Shown here piece after piece: positions 48,970-58,751 of a DNA stretch of 64,000 nt. Where the stretch lies: assembly GCA_032249135.1 (NCBI GenBank), contig JAVVGL010000010.1:33-64032 (forward strand). Reading direction: 5' to 3'. The translations under genes were made by a program, and so were the position numbers. Within the stretch, counting starts at the first letter, position 1; the number at the start of each line of letters is the position of its first letter. This stretch comes from Candidatus Calescibacterium sp. (GTDB lineage Bacteria; Calescibacteriota; Calescibacteriia; Calescibacteriales; Calescibacteriaceae). The notes beneath the pieces were generated by a model. That model searched no databases, was not told the DNA's origin, and saw nothing but the letters and a program-made list of their open reading frames with translations.

Positions 48970-51640
48970 AAACCTTTTCCATATCATCTAATCTGCTGAA
49001 CTTACCAAACTTTATATAATCTCCTCCAAAGTAAGTTGGAATAAGGTCTGAAAAATGAGAAGATTTATCTGGTTTTGTAAGAGTGTCTTTCCCAAATCCT
49101 GAAACTCCCCCCGGAAACGCAAATTCAATAGAAAAAACCCCAGAAGAATCAGGATAAGCCACAGAACGCATAGATGGTCCCCCCGTCATTATAAATGATT
49201 TTTTAGGATCATCGGTGACCAAATTAATCCACGCAACAGCAGGAGCCACTGGTCCAAGATCAATAGGGAAAGGCCCAATATCATAAACAGATAAATTTGC
49301 AACAGAAACAAAATGATAAAGTTTCATCTTCGCTAACCTACCCCACAACCAGTCCTGCGGTTCAGACCCAAAATTAGCTGAAAGATAAGAAACAGCAGAA
49401 ACAAAACTCCTATAAATAATTTCTTCTGCCGTCTCTTTTTGTTCTGTTCTCACATCATCAAAAAAGTCTTGTTTGCTTGTATCAGTAGCAGAAAAGTAAA
49501 TTTGCTTTACAAAGAAATCTTCAAATTCAGGTGGAACGCGAGTAATATCAGCGGCAAAGAACTCATCTTCAAAGGTATTTTTGATAAGCTTTGTGACAAA
49601 AACCCAAAAAATAGTGCAAGCAGATGAATTCTTTCTTATATCAACATCAGAAACTTCCGAGAAAGAAAATTCTTCAAGGTCAGCAAGTTTAAAACCTGAT
49701 TTACAAGTCATATCCCAAGATGAAAGTAAAGAAAAAGATTTAGATTCTAATTCATTCATAGATTGCGAATATTTTTTAAGATTTTCAATTACAAATGGTA
49801 AAACACCCCTTGTCCAATATGAGACTGTATCATGTTGAATATCTTTGATATCATCCAGTGAAATTTTTCCCGATTTTATTTTCTCCTCAATTCTAAAAGT
49901 TATTTCAGCAATTCTATATCCCGGATCATAGGACCAGAAAAGATAGACATCATCGTTAAATGGGTCGCCATCTTTGGTATATCCTGGCAAATCATTATTC
50001 GCAGTAACAATAAAGCCTTTTGGAGGATTAATTACATGAGGGAATTTGCTTTTTTCAACCCAACCTTTCCAATCGCAGCATCCATCAGTTGGCAGAACGA
50101 AAATAGGAGGAAAAGAATATCTATCCCAATTTCTATCTGGGAGCAAAGCAAAAGTAGAATAACCAATATTACCTTTTAGATCGGCAACAACAAAATTTAT
50201 TGGAGCAACTTCAAAATCGGAAGCAGATCTCAAAAAACTTTGAACATCTTCGGAAAGCAATATATCTAAATAAACAAGAACTTCTCTTGAAACTTCATGA
50301 CCATTCCATCTGAAAGTCAAAAATTCTCCGTCATCAAGCTGAGGTTCAGCTCTAAAATTTCCTAAAATAGCTTTTTGATATTCATCTAATATGACTCCAT
50401 GTTTTGAGCAGTAGAAAACTTTTATATGCTTTCCAGAACCTATTTTCTGAGTAGATTCTAAAATACATTCGTCATCATCTGCCGAGGATGGGTTATGCAG
50501 GGCTTTAAATCCGGAGGCGCACTTTGTATCCTTGACTATAACCTCCTTCCATATATCAAGAGAATCATAACCTCCGTTTGTTACAGCCCATGCAACTTTA
50601 CCGTTAGTTCCAGAGAGTATCCCAGGAATTCCAGCAAGGGCAAACCCTTCTATTAAATTTCCGCCGAAATCCCCCTTCCAAGGGAACCAAAGAGGAGGAT
50701 TAAATAAAGGTAAATGTGGGTCATTTGCAACAATTGGAACGCCCAAAGTAGTCAAAGTAGAAGATACAACCCAGTTGTTGCTCCCGGCTTTACGAGGAGA
50801 AAAGAATGCAAAGAAGATATCAATTAAATTCAATACGACCTGCTCCTCTCTTTTCAAAAATCGTGGTGATGGCAAAGTGAAGATATCCACTCCTGCTCTT
50901 GCTGTGAGCATCTCGTTAAAATACTTCTGATATATTTCATTTCCGACAGAATTTTTCAAAGCTTGCCTCAAAGTATCAAGAGCGAGATCCCCCTCTCCTG
51001 TAAGATACCACTCAAAAAAACGGGCAATAGCCAATATATGTTGGGGAGTAAAGAAAAATTTTCCCGGATTATTTTTCGGATTCCTTACAGAAAGTATGGA
51101 TTCGTATTCTGGGGGGATTTTTTCTTTGTCTTGCGATAATCTAATTATGTAGAAATTTAAGCCTTCAACAAATGCATTAAAAATCTCCGCTATATCTGGT
51201 CTTTGTTTTTGCAAAAGTTCAAACTGTAAATCCGGCACAAGCCTGCCCGACGAGGGATTAAGTAAAGTTCTTATTGTGAGAGAATCGACTTTTCTTGCTT
51301 CCTCTATATCTAATATTGAAGAAACCATACCGTAAGAAACAACTCTGAGAAGGTCAAGTTGAGCATATCTCATTTTTGCCATAATATATCCCAGAGCGAA
51401 TAGACCATCTTTGAATGAATTGGCTTTTATGTAAGGAATACCGTTTTTATCTATGAATATATAAGCAGAATAATTTGGATTCTTAATTTCCTCTTTCTGG
51501 ATATTTTCTGGTATGGAGAACTTTTGATTTGATTCTTCTTTTTTTGAACAGAAGACAAGAATAAAAGAGAAATAAATGAGGATAGTAAATGAGAAAAGCG
51601 GGACAATAAATTTTCTTTTAGTATTTTTATTTTTAATCAC
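48938..51640 (-). CDS. penicillin acylase family Ntn-hydrolase, probable lipoprotein
   Basis: DKNGIPYI, GSNNWVV (Ser nucleophile), ANDPHL, GTNGKVAW, NFVVAD and GFIVTANND. Signal peptide ends in Cys. Confidence 0.92.
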   Translation of the reverse strand: MIKNKNTKRKFIVPLFSFTILIYFSFILVFCSKKEESNQKFSIPENIQKEEIKNPNYSAYIFIDKNGIPYIKANSFKDGLFALGYIMAKMRYAQLDLLRVVSYGMVSSILDIEEARKVDSLTIRTLLNPSSGRLVPDLQFELLQKQRPDIAEIFNAFVEGLNFYIIRLSQDKEKIPPEYESILSVRNPKNNPGKFFFTPQHILAIARFFEWYLTGEGDLALDTLRQALKNSVGNEIYQKYFNEMLTARAGVDIFTLPSPRFLKREEQVVLNLIDIFFAFFSPRKAGSNNWVVSSTLTTLGVPIVANDPHLPLFNPPLWFPWKGDFGGNLIEGFALAGIPGILSGTNGKVAWAVTNGGYDSLDIWKEVIVKDTKCASGFKALHNPSSADDDECILESTQKIGSGKHIKVFYCSKHGVILDEYQKAILGNFRAEPQLDDGEFLTFRWNGHEVSREVLVYLDILLSEDVQSFLRSASDFEVAPINFVVADLKGNIGYSTFALLPDRNWDRYSFPPIFVLPTDGCCDWKGWVEKSKFPHVINPPKGFIVTANNDLPGYTKDGDPFNDDVYLFWSYDPGYRIAEITFRIEEKIKSGKISLDDIKDIQHDTVSYWTRGVLPFVIENLKKYSQSMNELESKSFSLLSSWDMTCKSGFKLADLEEFSFSEVSDVDIRKNSSACTIFWVFVTKLIKNTFEDEFFAADITRVPPEFEDFFVKQIYFSATDTSKQDFFDDVRTEQKETAEEIIYRSFVSAVSYLSANFGSEPQDWLWGRLAKMKLYHFVSVANLSVYDIGPFPIDLGPVAPAVAWINLVTDDPKKSFIMTGGPSMRSVAYPDSSGVFSIEFAFPGGVSGFGKDTLTKPDKSSHFSDLIPTYFGGDYIKFGKFSRLDDMEKVFILVAEEDRR

Positions 51641-52695
51641 ACCAAAATTCTTCTTAATATCTCTTCTCTAGCTTCTTCTTCGGTTTTTATAACTTTTGTT
51701 ACCATAACTGCAGTTGCTTCATTTATAACACCTGGGATGCCAACATATTTAGGAACATCTTGTATGTATACGAGGGCGGAAGGTTCGTCTGGAGATGTGT
51801 TAAGCTTTATCAGATCTCCCTTTTTAAGATTTAAGAGCTCGCGCAAAGTTATTCTTGCTCTCCCAAGTTCAACTCTAACAGATACTGGGCACTCAGAAAG
51901 ACGATTAATCAGTCGTTCTAACCACTTTCTATCTATACCAAGACCCGATGGCTGATATCCAGTTTGAAGCTGTGTTCTTATTGGTTCAAGAGTAGAATAT
52001 GGGATAGCAATATACATCTTCCCAGTCACTGTACCCAAATCAATATCATATCTTGTTGAGACTACAAGATCTGATTCTGGGACCATCATTACAAACTGAG
52101 GATGGTTTTCTAAACGCACAATCTCCGGCTCTATGCGTAAAATTGGTTCCCAGGAATGCTGATAGACTTTCGTAAGGGTCATGAGAATCCTTCTCAATAG
52201 TCTTTGTTCTATCTTCGTGAATTCCCTCCCCTCAGCTTTCATAGGTTTTCCCATTCCCCCGAGCAATATATCTATAATAGAAAGAACCAAAGGTCCTTCA
52301 AGGGCCCAGACGGAAAGCCCGCGGAGAGGATTTAAAGACACAACCACAAACGAAGCAGGGAGAGGAATATTGTCAAGAAATGACCCGAACTCACCAACAG
52401 AGACGCTCACCATGCTGATATCTATTATTTTCTGCAATGCAGCTGATAGAATAGACCTTGCATCATTTGCGAATCTTCTATGAATTACTTCCAAAGATGG
52501 GAGTCGCATTTTTGAAATGAAGCGACCAACTTTTCTGAAATCATAACGAGGATATTTCTCTTTCTCCTCCTCACTTAATTCCTTTTCTTCCCGTGTGGGT
52601 ATCTTCCCTCCCCTGAGGCTTCTGAGAAGAAGGTCCACTTCTTCCTGTGATAAAACTCCTTTTGCTGTGATTTCCGTCTCTCTTCTTTCTTCCAT
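51637..52695 (-). CDS. fliM: flagellar motor switch protein FliM
   Basis: VLSQEEVDLLL (CheY-binding), YDFR, LLGG, REFTKIE, IPYSTLEPI and a C-terminal SpoA domain. Confidence 0.96.
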   Translation of the reverse strand: MEERRETEITAKGVLSQEEVDLLLRSLRGGKIPTREEKELSEEEKEKYPRYDFRKVGRFISKMRLPSLEVIHRRFANDARSILSAALQKIIDISMVSVSVGEFGSFLDNIPLPASFVVVSLNPLRGLSVWALEGPLVLSIIDILLGGMGKPMKAEGREFTKIEQRLLRRILMTLTKVYQHSWEPILRIEPEIVRLENHPQFVMMVPESDLVVSTRYDIDLGTVTGKMYIAIPYSTLEPIRTQLQTGYQPSGLGIDRKWLERLINRLSECPVSVRVELGRARITLRELLNLKKGDLIKLNTSPDEPSALVYIQDVPKYVGIPGVINEATAVMVTKVIKTEEEAREEILRRILV

Positions 52696-52826
52696 AATTA
52701 AAAAAAATTTTAATTTTTTATGAGGAGAATTTCTATTATAGGAGTTGTTTTACTTCCCTCCGCATCCCTCACAGGTCCCTTCCACAAATTGAAAGAAAAA
52801 ATCATCTCTCTGATTGTGACAGGGTA

Positions 52827-53342
52827 CTATTGGACTATAAATTCCGTAAAGTATATATTTATAACATTTCCTGTTTCTAAAATAGCATTAATTCTTGAGA
52901 TAAGTTCCTCTTTTAGGAGGTTTTGTCCTTCGTAGCCTCTTATATCAGACATAGTTTTTGATGCGAGCAAGCCAATTATCGCATCCTTTATTATAGCATC
53001 TTTATCATTAATTTCTGCAACGGTTATTCCTCTATCTACTTCAAATATCATGGAAACTTTGAGGAAGCGTGGAACATTTGCATCTGCCAAATTAACAACC
53101 AGAGAAGGTCCTGGGATCATTATTCCCTTTTTTGCGACAACCTTTGCAACCTCAACTTCTTCCTTTGCTTTCTTCGTTCCAAAAAACTCCCTGTACCCAA
53201 AATATCCTGCAACTGCAATAATAGCAACAAATGGTATATATAAAATGAATGAGGGAATTCTGAAACTCAGGCGCTTTTTCTCTTTTCTCTCCCCTTCCCC
53301 TCCTATCTCTTCTATTATTTCTATTGTCTCTTTTTCTTCCAT
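52827..53342 (-). CDS. fliL: flagellar basal body-associated protein FliL
   Basis: Single TM, VVNLAD...RFLK, IKDAII, EG..LKEEL and IYFTEFIVQ. Directly upstream of fliM. Confidence 0.94.
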   Translation of the reverse strand: MEEKETIEIIEEIGGEGERKEKKRLSFRIPSFILYIPFVAIIAVAGYFGYREFFGTKKAKEEVEVAKVVAKKGIMIPGPSLVVNLADANVPRFLKVSMIFEVDRGITVAEINDKDAIIKDAIIGLLASKTMSDIRGYEGQNLLKEELISRINAILETGNVINIYFTEFIVQ

Positions 53343-53423
53343 AATTATAAAATTAATCGCAAAATTTTGCTTTTTGTTGTTTTTTATTTTGTTTTTTGTC
53401 TGAAATTACTCAAAAATAATTTA

Positions 53424-54383
53424 TTACTCAAAAACAATCATTGTATCTCCGTAGAATATATTTTCAAATCCTCCTTCCTGCTTTTGTAAAACCATAGAAC
53501 CATCATGATTTATACCAACGCATACTCCAACAAATTGCTTTTCTCCCTGAATAACTTTTACTTTCCCTCTCCACATATTTAGTTCCATTTCTGTTTTGAG
53601 TTCAAACCATTTTCCCTTCAAGAACTCCTCGTAAGTTTGATTGAATATATTTATAAATTTCTTTGTAAAATCAACAAGTAAATTCGGTTTTTCACCAACA
53701 AGCTCTTTTAAGCATATTGCTATATCAAGGGGGGAATTTTTTATGTTCACTCCAACTCCACATATTGTGAAATCTATTTTCTCTGCTTCCCCGAATGATT
53801 CTGCAAGAACTCCGGCAAGCTTTTTTGTCTTTTTCTCACTAACTACAAAAATATCGTTTGGCCATTTTATTTTTACGCTCTCCGAAATTCTATAAGTTTT
53901 TACTGTTCTCAACACCGCAAGACCACCTAAAAGGGAAATTTTTACAGTTTCATTCAAAGGCAAATCAGGTTTCAGAAATACCGAGCCATAGAAATTTCCC
54001 TCAGGCGATTCCCATCTCCTTTCCATCCTACCTTTACCCCTTAATTGTCTCCCAGCAATTACCCATGTCCCGGCGGATATTTTACCCTTGAGAGCGAGTT
54101 CCTTTGCTTTCTCTTGCGTGCTATCTAACTCCTTGAAGAATATAACATTATCTCCATCCACCTCCCAAGGGAAAGGTATGTCTGGTTTTTCTATCAACCT
54201 ATACTTTTTTTTTACTTCAAATTTATATCCAAGTTTTTCAAGGTGCTTTACTATTTTAGATACTGCTGACCGGGATATTTTTAACTCCTCAGAAATCAGT
54301 TGCCCTGAAATTCCATCAGGACTCCGTGAGAGTATTTCCAAAATCTGTTTTATATTTTCATTGTACAAAATTGCTCTACTCAT
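53424..54383 (-). CDS. birA: bifunctional biotin--[ACC] ligase/biotin operon repressor
   Basis: N-terminal HTH ISGQLISEELKISRSAV, DSTQ, QLRGKGRMERRWESP, KWPND and KLAGVL. Confidence 0.95.
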   Translation of the reverse strand: MSRAILYNENIKQILEILSRSPDGISGQLISEELKISRSAVSKIVKHLEKLGYKFEVKKKYRLIEKPDIPFPWEVDGDNVIFFKELDSTQEKAKELALKGKISAGTWVIAGRQLRGKGRMERRWESPEGNFYGSVFLKPDLPLNETVKISLLGGLAVLRTVKTYRISESVKIKWPNDIFVVSEKKTKKLAGVLAESFGEAEKIDFTICGVGVNIKNSPLDIAICLKELVGEKPNLLVDFTKKFINIFNQTYEEFLKGKWFELKTEMELNMWRGKVKVIQGEKQFVGVCVGINHDGSMVLQKQEGGFENIFYGDTMIVFE

Positions 54384-54418
54384 TTCTGTTTTTATTTTAC
54401 TTTTCTTTTTTACTTTTT

Positions 54419-54760
54419 TTACTTTTCTAATTTTTCTTTTTCTGATTTTTCTTTTTCTTTTTCCTTCTTATCTTCTTTCGTTTTGCTCTCTTGGGGTGGT
54501 ACCTCAATAAATGGACCTTGTATAGCGTCTTTTAAAACTTTTATCTTCACATCCTTTGAAACTTCAAGGAGCACGGTTTTTGGTTGTATTTCTATAACTT
54601 TACCAACTATTCCGCTTGATAAAACTACTATTTCTCCTCTTTTCAGATTTGCTATAAATTCTCTTCTTTTTGATTCAGTTTTTGCCTGCGGTCTTATAAC
54701 TAAAAGGTAAAAAATCAGGAAAATAAATATAATTGGAAATATTGAGAGAAGAATATCCAT
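54419..54760 (-). CDS. yajC: preprotein translocase subunit YajC
   Basis: IFYLLVIRPQ and LKRGEIVVLSSGIVGKV. Confidence 0.93.
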   Translation of the reverse strand: MDILLSIFPIIFIFLIFYLLVIRPQAKTESKRREFIANLKRGEIVVLSSGIVGKVIEIQPKTVLLEVSKDVKIKVLKDAIQGPFIEVPPQESKTKEDKKEKEKEKSEKEKLEK

Positions 54761-54846
54761 GATTTCCAATTTTACTTTATTTTGAGGTTTTTTATTTTTT
54801 GCAGTTTTTCTCCTTTTAAATCTTCTCCTTTAAAATTTTTACTACT

Positions 54847-55155
54847 ATGCTTATTTTCCTTTGGATACTTGAAATAATAATAGGAGTTTTGCTTGTGATT
54901 GCAGTTTTGCTTCAAGTAGGAAGAGGTGAAACTTTTTCTCTTTTTGGCGGAGGTTTCCAATCAATATTGGGTCCAAAAGCCCCTGCCACGATTTTAGAGA
55001 AAATAACATATGGGCTAATAGGAGCCTTCTTTGTTGTAACTTTACTTATAGCTAAATTTTCTGTATCAGAAAGAATTGCTCCGGTTCAAGAATTACCCAA
55101 AGCCCCATCTCCCGAAGAGGTTTTACCCGAAAGTCAGCAAAACATAACAAAGTAA
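54847..55155 (+). CDS. secG: preprotein translocase subunit SecG
   Basis: Two TMs, VLLQVGRG, FGGG..SILG and LEKIT. Confidence 0.92.
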   Translation: MLIFLWILEIIIGVLLVIAVLLQVGRGETFSLFGGGFQSILGPKAPATILEKITYGLIGAFFVVTLLIAKFSVSERIAPVQELPKAPSPEEVLPESQQNITK

Positions 55156-55174
55156 AATTAACTATGTTCAGATT

Positions 55175-56089
55175 ATGCTAAATAATTTTTGGTTTTTGCA
55201 TATATGTACTATTCTCCTATTTTTATTTTCTGTAAATTCTTGTTTTGCTATGAGACTTTTTCAGAAGGATTGGGAGTGGAGACCAGATGTAAAGAAAATA
55301 GAGAGTTTCCCGGAGGAAGATTTTTTAGTTTGGCTTGGACATTCTACTTTTTTGATAAAGCTTTCAGGCTATGTTTTTTATACAGACCCGGTTATTTTTG
55401 ATAAGGTTGTAATTATAAAGAGACAGATAAAGTTCCCTGTTGAGCTGGAAAAACTCCCACCTCCTCACTTTATATTGATAAGTCATAATCACTACGACCA
55501 TATGGATATTCCTTCTTTAAACTTTCTTTCTGAAAAATCAAAGAAAAACGGAATAAATCCGTATATTTTTGTTCCTCAAAATGCTTCAATATATCTTAAA
55601 AATGAAAGTTATAAGGTTGTAGAGTTAAAGTGGGGAGATAGATACAATGTACGAGATGGTTTTGAGATTTTATCTGTTCGCGTAAAACATTTTTCAGGAA
55701 GGAATCTTTTTGACTGGAATTTTTCAAAGTGGAATGGCTATCTTGTTGTTTCAGATAGCGTAAAAATCTTCTTCGGAGGGGACACAGCATACTTGAAACT
55801 TCCAAAATTTGAACCTGATATTGCTTTACTACCAATAGGAGCTTATTTGCCAAGATGGTTCATGAAAAGAAATCATGTATCTCCTTGTGAGGCTGTAAAA
55901 ATGGCTTACGATATTGGTGCAAAGATTATGATACCTATGCATTATGGAACTTTCAAGCAGGGTCTTGATACTCCGGAGCAGGCTATTTATGAGATGAAGG
56001 AATGCGCAAAAAAATTTGGAGTCAAAACTTTAATACCTTCCCCAGGTGAAATAATTCTACTTGAAGATGTGAGAAGGATGGAAAAGTAA
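55175..56089 (+). CDS. MBL-fold metallo-hydrolase (NAPE-PLD/RomA-like)
   Basis: WLGHST, TDPV, ISHNHYDHMD, HFSGR, GGDT, LPIGAY and PMHYGTF. Confidence 0.9.
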   Translation: MLNNFWFLHICTILLFLFSVNSCFAMRLFQKDWEWRPDVKKIESFPEEDFLVWLGHSTFLIKLSGYVFYTDPVIFDKVVIIKRQIKFPVELEKLPPPHFILISHNHYDHMDIPSLNFLSEKSKKNGINPYIFVPQNASIYLKNESYKVVELKWGDRYNVRDGFEILSVRVKHFSGRNLFDWNFSKWNGYLVVSDSVKIFFGGDTAYLKLPKFEPDIALLPIGAYLPRWFMKRNHVSPCEAVKMAYDIGAKIMIPMHYGTFKQGLDTPEQAIYEMKECAKKFGVKTLIPSPGEIILLEDVRRMEK

Positions 56090-56164
56090 AAAGAAAATAT
56101 CTGAAAAATCAACCTATCTATAATAAAAAAATCAATCTATTATATTATCTATCTATTATATTAT

Positions 56165-56479
56165 CTATTCTATTCCGAGTATTTGTTTTGCTTCTTCTGA
56201 CATCATAGATGGGTTCCAGGGGGGATCCCAGACGAGCTCAACATTTACATCTTTTATTTCGTCTATTGCTGATACAACTGCTTTTACAGCTTCTTCTACG
56301 CTACCTGCGAGGGGACATCCGGGGGTTGTTAATGTCATCTTTATATCAACTTTTCCGTCCTCACTTATGTCTATGTCGTAAATGAGACCGAGATTTACAA
56401 TATCTAATCCTATTTCCGGATCGTAAACTCCCTTCAGGGACTCAATTATTTTTTCTCTCATTTTTTCTTTATCTATCAT
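56165..56479 (-). CDS. metal-sulfur cluster assembly factor (DUF59/SufT)
   Basis: VYDPEIGLDIVNLGLIY, MTLTTPGCP and LVWDPPW..MMSEEA. Confidence 0.93.
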   Translation of the reverse strand: MIDKEKMREKIIESLKGVYDPEIGLDIVNLGLIYDIDISEDGKVDIKMTLTTPGCPLAGSVEEAVKAVVSAIDEIKDVNVELVWDPPWNPSMMSEEAKQILGIE

Positions 56480-56620
56480 ATCTTTTTATATTAATGTTCC
56501 TTTTCTTCGGTTAGCTTAATTTCAGTTGCTTTGAATTTTTTGTTTGGCTCTTTGTTTGTTTATTCTTTATTTATTTATTCGTTTAGCTTTTTTGTCAGTT
56601 GGAGGAAACTGCTACTAAAT

Positions 56621-56665
56621 TTTTGATGTGGGAACTTTTGATGTGAAAACTTTTGATGTGGAAAT
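56621..56665 (+). repeat. three tandem 15-bp repeats
   Basis: TTTTGATGTGGGAAC / TTTTGATGTGAAAAC / TTTTGATGTGGAAAT. Confidence 0.9.
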
Positions 56666-57653
56666 CATTTTTGAAAGGCGATTTCCTGTCAATTCTTTAT
56701 ATCAATCATTTGACGATGATTTTGCTGAAAAAGAAATCCTGAAAGTTTCTCGTGTTGATGAAGCTTCTTTTCGTTATAGTTCATATGATTTTTCGCCTCC
56801 AAATTGCTTTATCTTTGTAGATGGAACTATTCAGAATATTACAGATGGTAAAATCAAAACGGATGGTTTTGAACTTTTATTTAATGTTTTCCTCATCTGT
56901 GTTGGAGCAGGATACGAGAATGGAGAACTTATTGAAAGCAAAATTTCAAAATGTCTCTTTTTACACTATGAAAATGGCTCCATCTTTGATGATATTTTCA
57001 GTAATATGAAGAAAAAATTTCAAAATGTTGATGATGAAGATAGATACGAGATTTATCAAGTCCCAAAAGGTAAAGATATATTAGAGTACGCTATGAATTT
57101 GTTGAGAGAAAAAGAGTTTGAGTTCCTTGATAAGCTTTGTGAAAAGCTCTACGAAAAAAATAATTTATCAGAGAAAAAGTATGCAATCGTAATTGATGGT
57201 AATATAAGGCTCAAGAAATTGAAAAATAAAATTGAGAATTTTTTAGTTGTTGGTGTAGTTAAAAATCCACTTAACCTATATCAATCCGAAAATGAGATAA
57301 GGGATTTGAAACCAGGATATAGAACGAATTTATTTGAGGTAAAAGATAATAGATCTTCAAAATCTAAATTTTCTTTCTTCTTGAAGCTTATGCAAAATAA
57401 GATGAGACACAACGAACCCGAATTTATCCGAGTTGATTTTTCTGGTATTCAAGATCCGGCTTGGGCTGTTCAATTTTCTGATTTCATCAAAAGTAAGATA
57501 TTATCTTTTTCATCTTCAATTGGAGAGAGAGCTCCGCAAAATCTTGTCCCTTTCCGCATATTAGAAAAAAGAATAAGAGCAATCTTGGGAGATGAAAAGA
57601 TAAGAAAAAGAAAAATACAAGAGGAAATAATGAAAATCATGAGTTCCGGATAA
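56628..57653 (+). CDS. NurA-like nuclease (RNase H fold), bacterial type
   Basis: FVDG, LREKE, VIDGN, VVGVVKN, LKPGYRT..F, FFLKL and RAPQNLVP...LEKRIRAILGD. The start is ambiguous among three GTG codons. Confidence 0.75.
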   Translation: MGTFDVKTFDVEIIFERRFPVNSLYQSFDDDFAEKEILKVSRVDEASFRYSSYDFSPPNCFIFVDGTIQNITDGKIKTDGFELLFNVFLICVGAGYENGELIESKISKCLFLHYENGSIFDDIFSNMKKKFQNVDDEDRYEIYQVPKGKDILEYAMNLLREKEFEFLDKLCEKLYEKNNLSEKKYAIVIDGNIRLKKLKNKIENFLVVGVVKNPLNLYQSENEIRDLKPGYRTNLFEVKDNRSSKSKFSFFLKLMQNKMRHNEPEFIRVDFSGIQDPAWAVQFSDFIKSKILSFSSSIGERAPQNLVPFRILEKRIRAILGDEKIRKRKIQEEIMKIMSSG

Positions 57654-57744
57654 AATCGTTTTGAATAAAATCGTTAGATTAAAAATGATATGTCTATAAA
57701 ATATATTTATTTTTAGTTTTAGGTTTTATTTTAGGGTTTAGGTT

Positions 57745-58344
57745 ATGTATCATCCGGAAAAATTAAAGAGTTTGATGAGAAAATTTATGATGTTTCCTGG
57801 TGTTGGAGAAAAGACCGCTATCAGGTTCATCATGTTTCTTATTCAATCTCCACAATCTTTTGTTGAGGCGCTAGCAAAAGATATAATTGATATAAAAACA
57901 AAGATAAAGCTTTGCCAAAAATGTTTTTTCATATCGGAGAACGATATATGCAGAATCTGTTCTGATGAAACAAGAGATAAAACCAAAATATGTGTTGTGG
58001 AGAGTATAGAGGATGTTATATCGGTTGAAAGAGCCGGAATATGGAACGGATTATATCATGTTCTTTGGGGTGTTCTATCGGCGCAAGAGGGAGCAGATGT
58101 ATCTCAGCTGAAAATAAAAGAGCTTATATCAAGAATCACTACTGAAAATATAAAAGAAGTTCTTCTGTTCACTGATACTACTGTTGAAGGGGAAGCAACT
58201 GCTATGTACATAAAAAAATTGCTCTCAAATTTTGATGTGAAAATCACACGACCTGCTTACGGGATACCTATGGGGATGGAGGTTGAATATTTAGACCCAG
58301 CTACTCTAAAAAGAGCAATTCACGCTCGTGAGGAAATAAAATAG
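57745..58344 (+). CDS. recR: recombination mediator RecR
   Basis: PGVGEKTA.R, C4 zinc finger CQKC...CRIC, ICVVE, YHVLWG, TVEGEATA and GIPMG. Confidence 0.96.
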   Translation: MYHPEKLKSLMRKFMMFPGVGEKTAIRFIMFLIQSPQSFVEALAKDIIDIKTKIKLCQKCFFISENDICRICSDETRDKTKICVVESIEDVISVERAGIWNGLYHVLWGVLSAQEGADVSQLKIKELISRITTENIKEVLLFTDTTVEGEATAMYIKKLLSNFDVKITRPAYGIPMGMEVEYLDPATLKRAIHAREEIK

Positions 58345-58384
58345 CCTTTCGGGCTAAAATAACCAAAGTAAAAGTTAAAAGTTC

Positions 58385-58438
58385 GGAAGAGGAAAACCTC
58401 CACCATCAGAGCTCAAAGCTCCAAAACTAACCTTAAAA
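58385..58438 (+). pseudogene. short relic homologous to the Rpn-like pseudogene at 63.5-64 kb
   Basis: GKPPPSELKAPKLTLK here versus GNPPPLDYKTQKLTLK at 63783-63736 (minus strand), 10/16 identical without gaps. Confidence 0.45.
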
Positions 58439-58751
58439 AAAGATGAAAGCACCTTCTTTGAATTATTCATCTCTATCTTATCTTCTAAGATTCCCTTTAA
58501 GGCGATAAAAAATCTTACAAGTATCGGATAATTTAAGCATTGTAGTCGAAGTTTATTTTCATAGGCTCTACCCTATAAATTATCGGAGCTATTCAGCGAT
58601 AAAGGATTTATAAATAATGAGAATAAATCAGATTTTTTAAACTTTTGTTCGGACATGTAATTTCCACTTACCAATTACTTAAAGGCATGAGCCTTTTCAT
58701 AATTTATAGTTTATTTTCATAATTTATTGAAGCTTGCTTAAAATAAAAGAT

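Noticed and set aside
52696-52826. GC-richer fliL-fliM spacer considered as a c-di-GMP riboswitch
   Set aside because: I could not find the conserved GEMM core motifs or a convincing fold.
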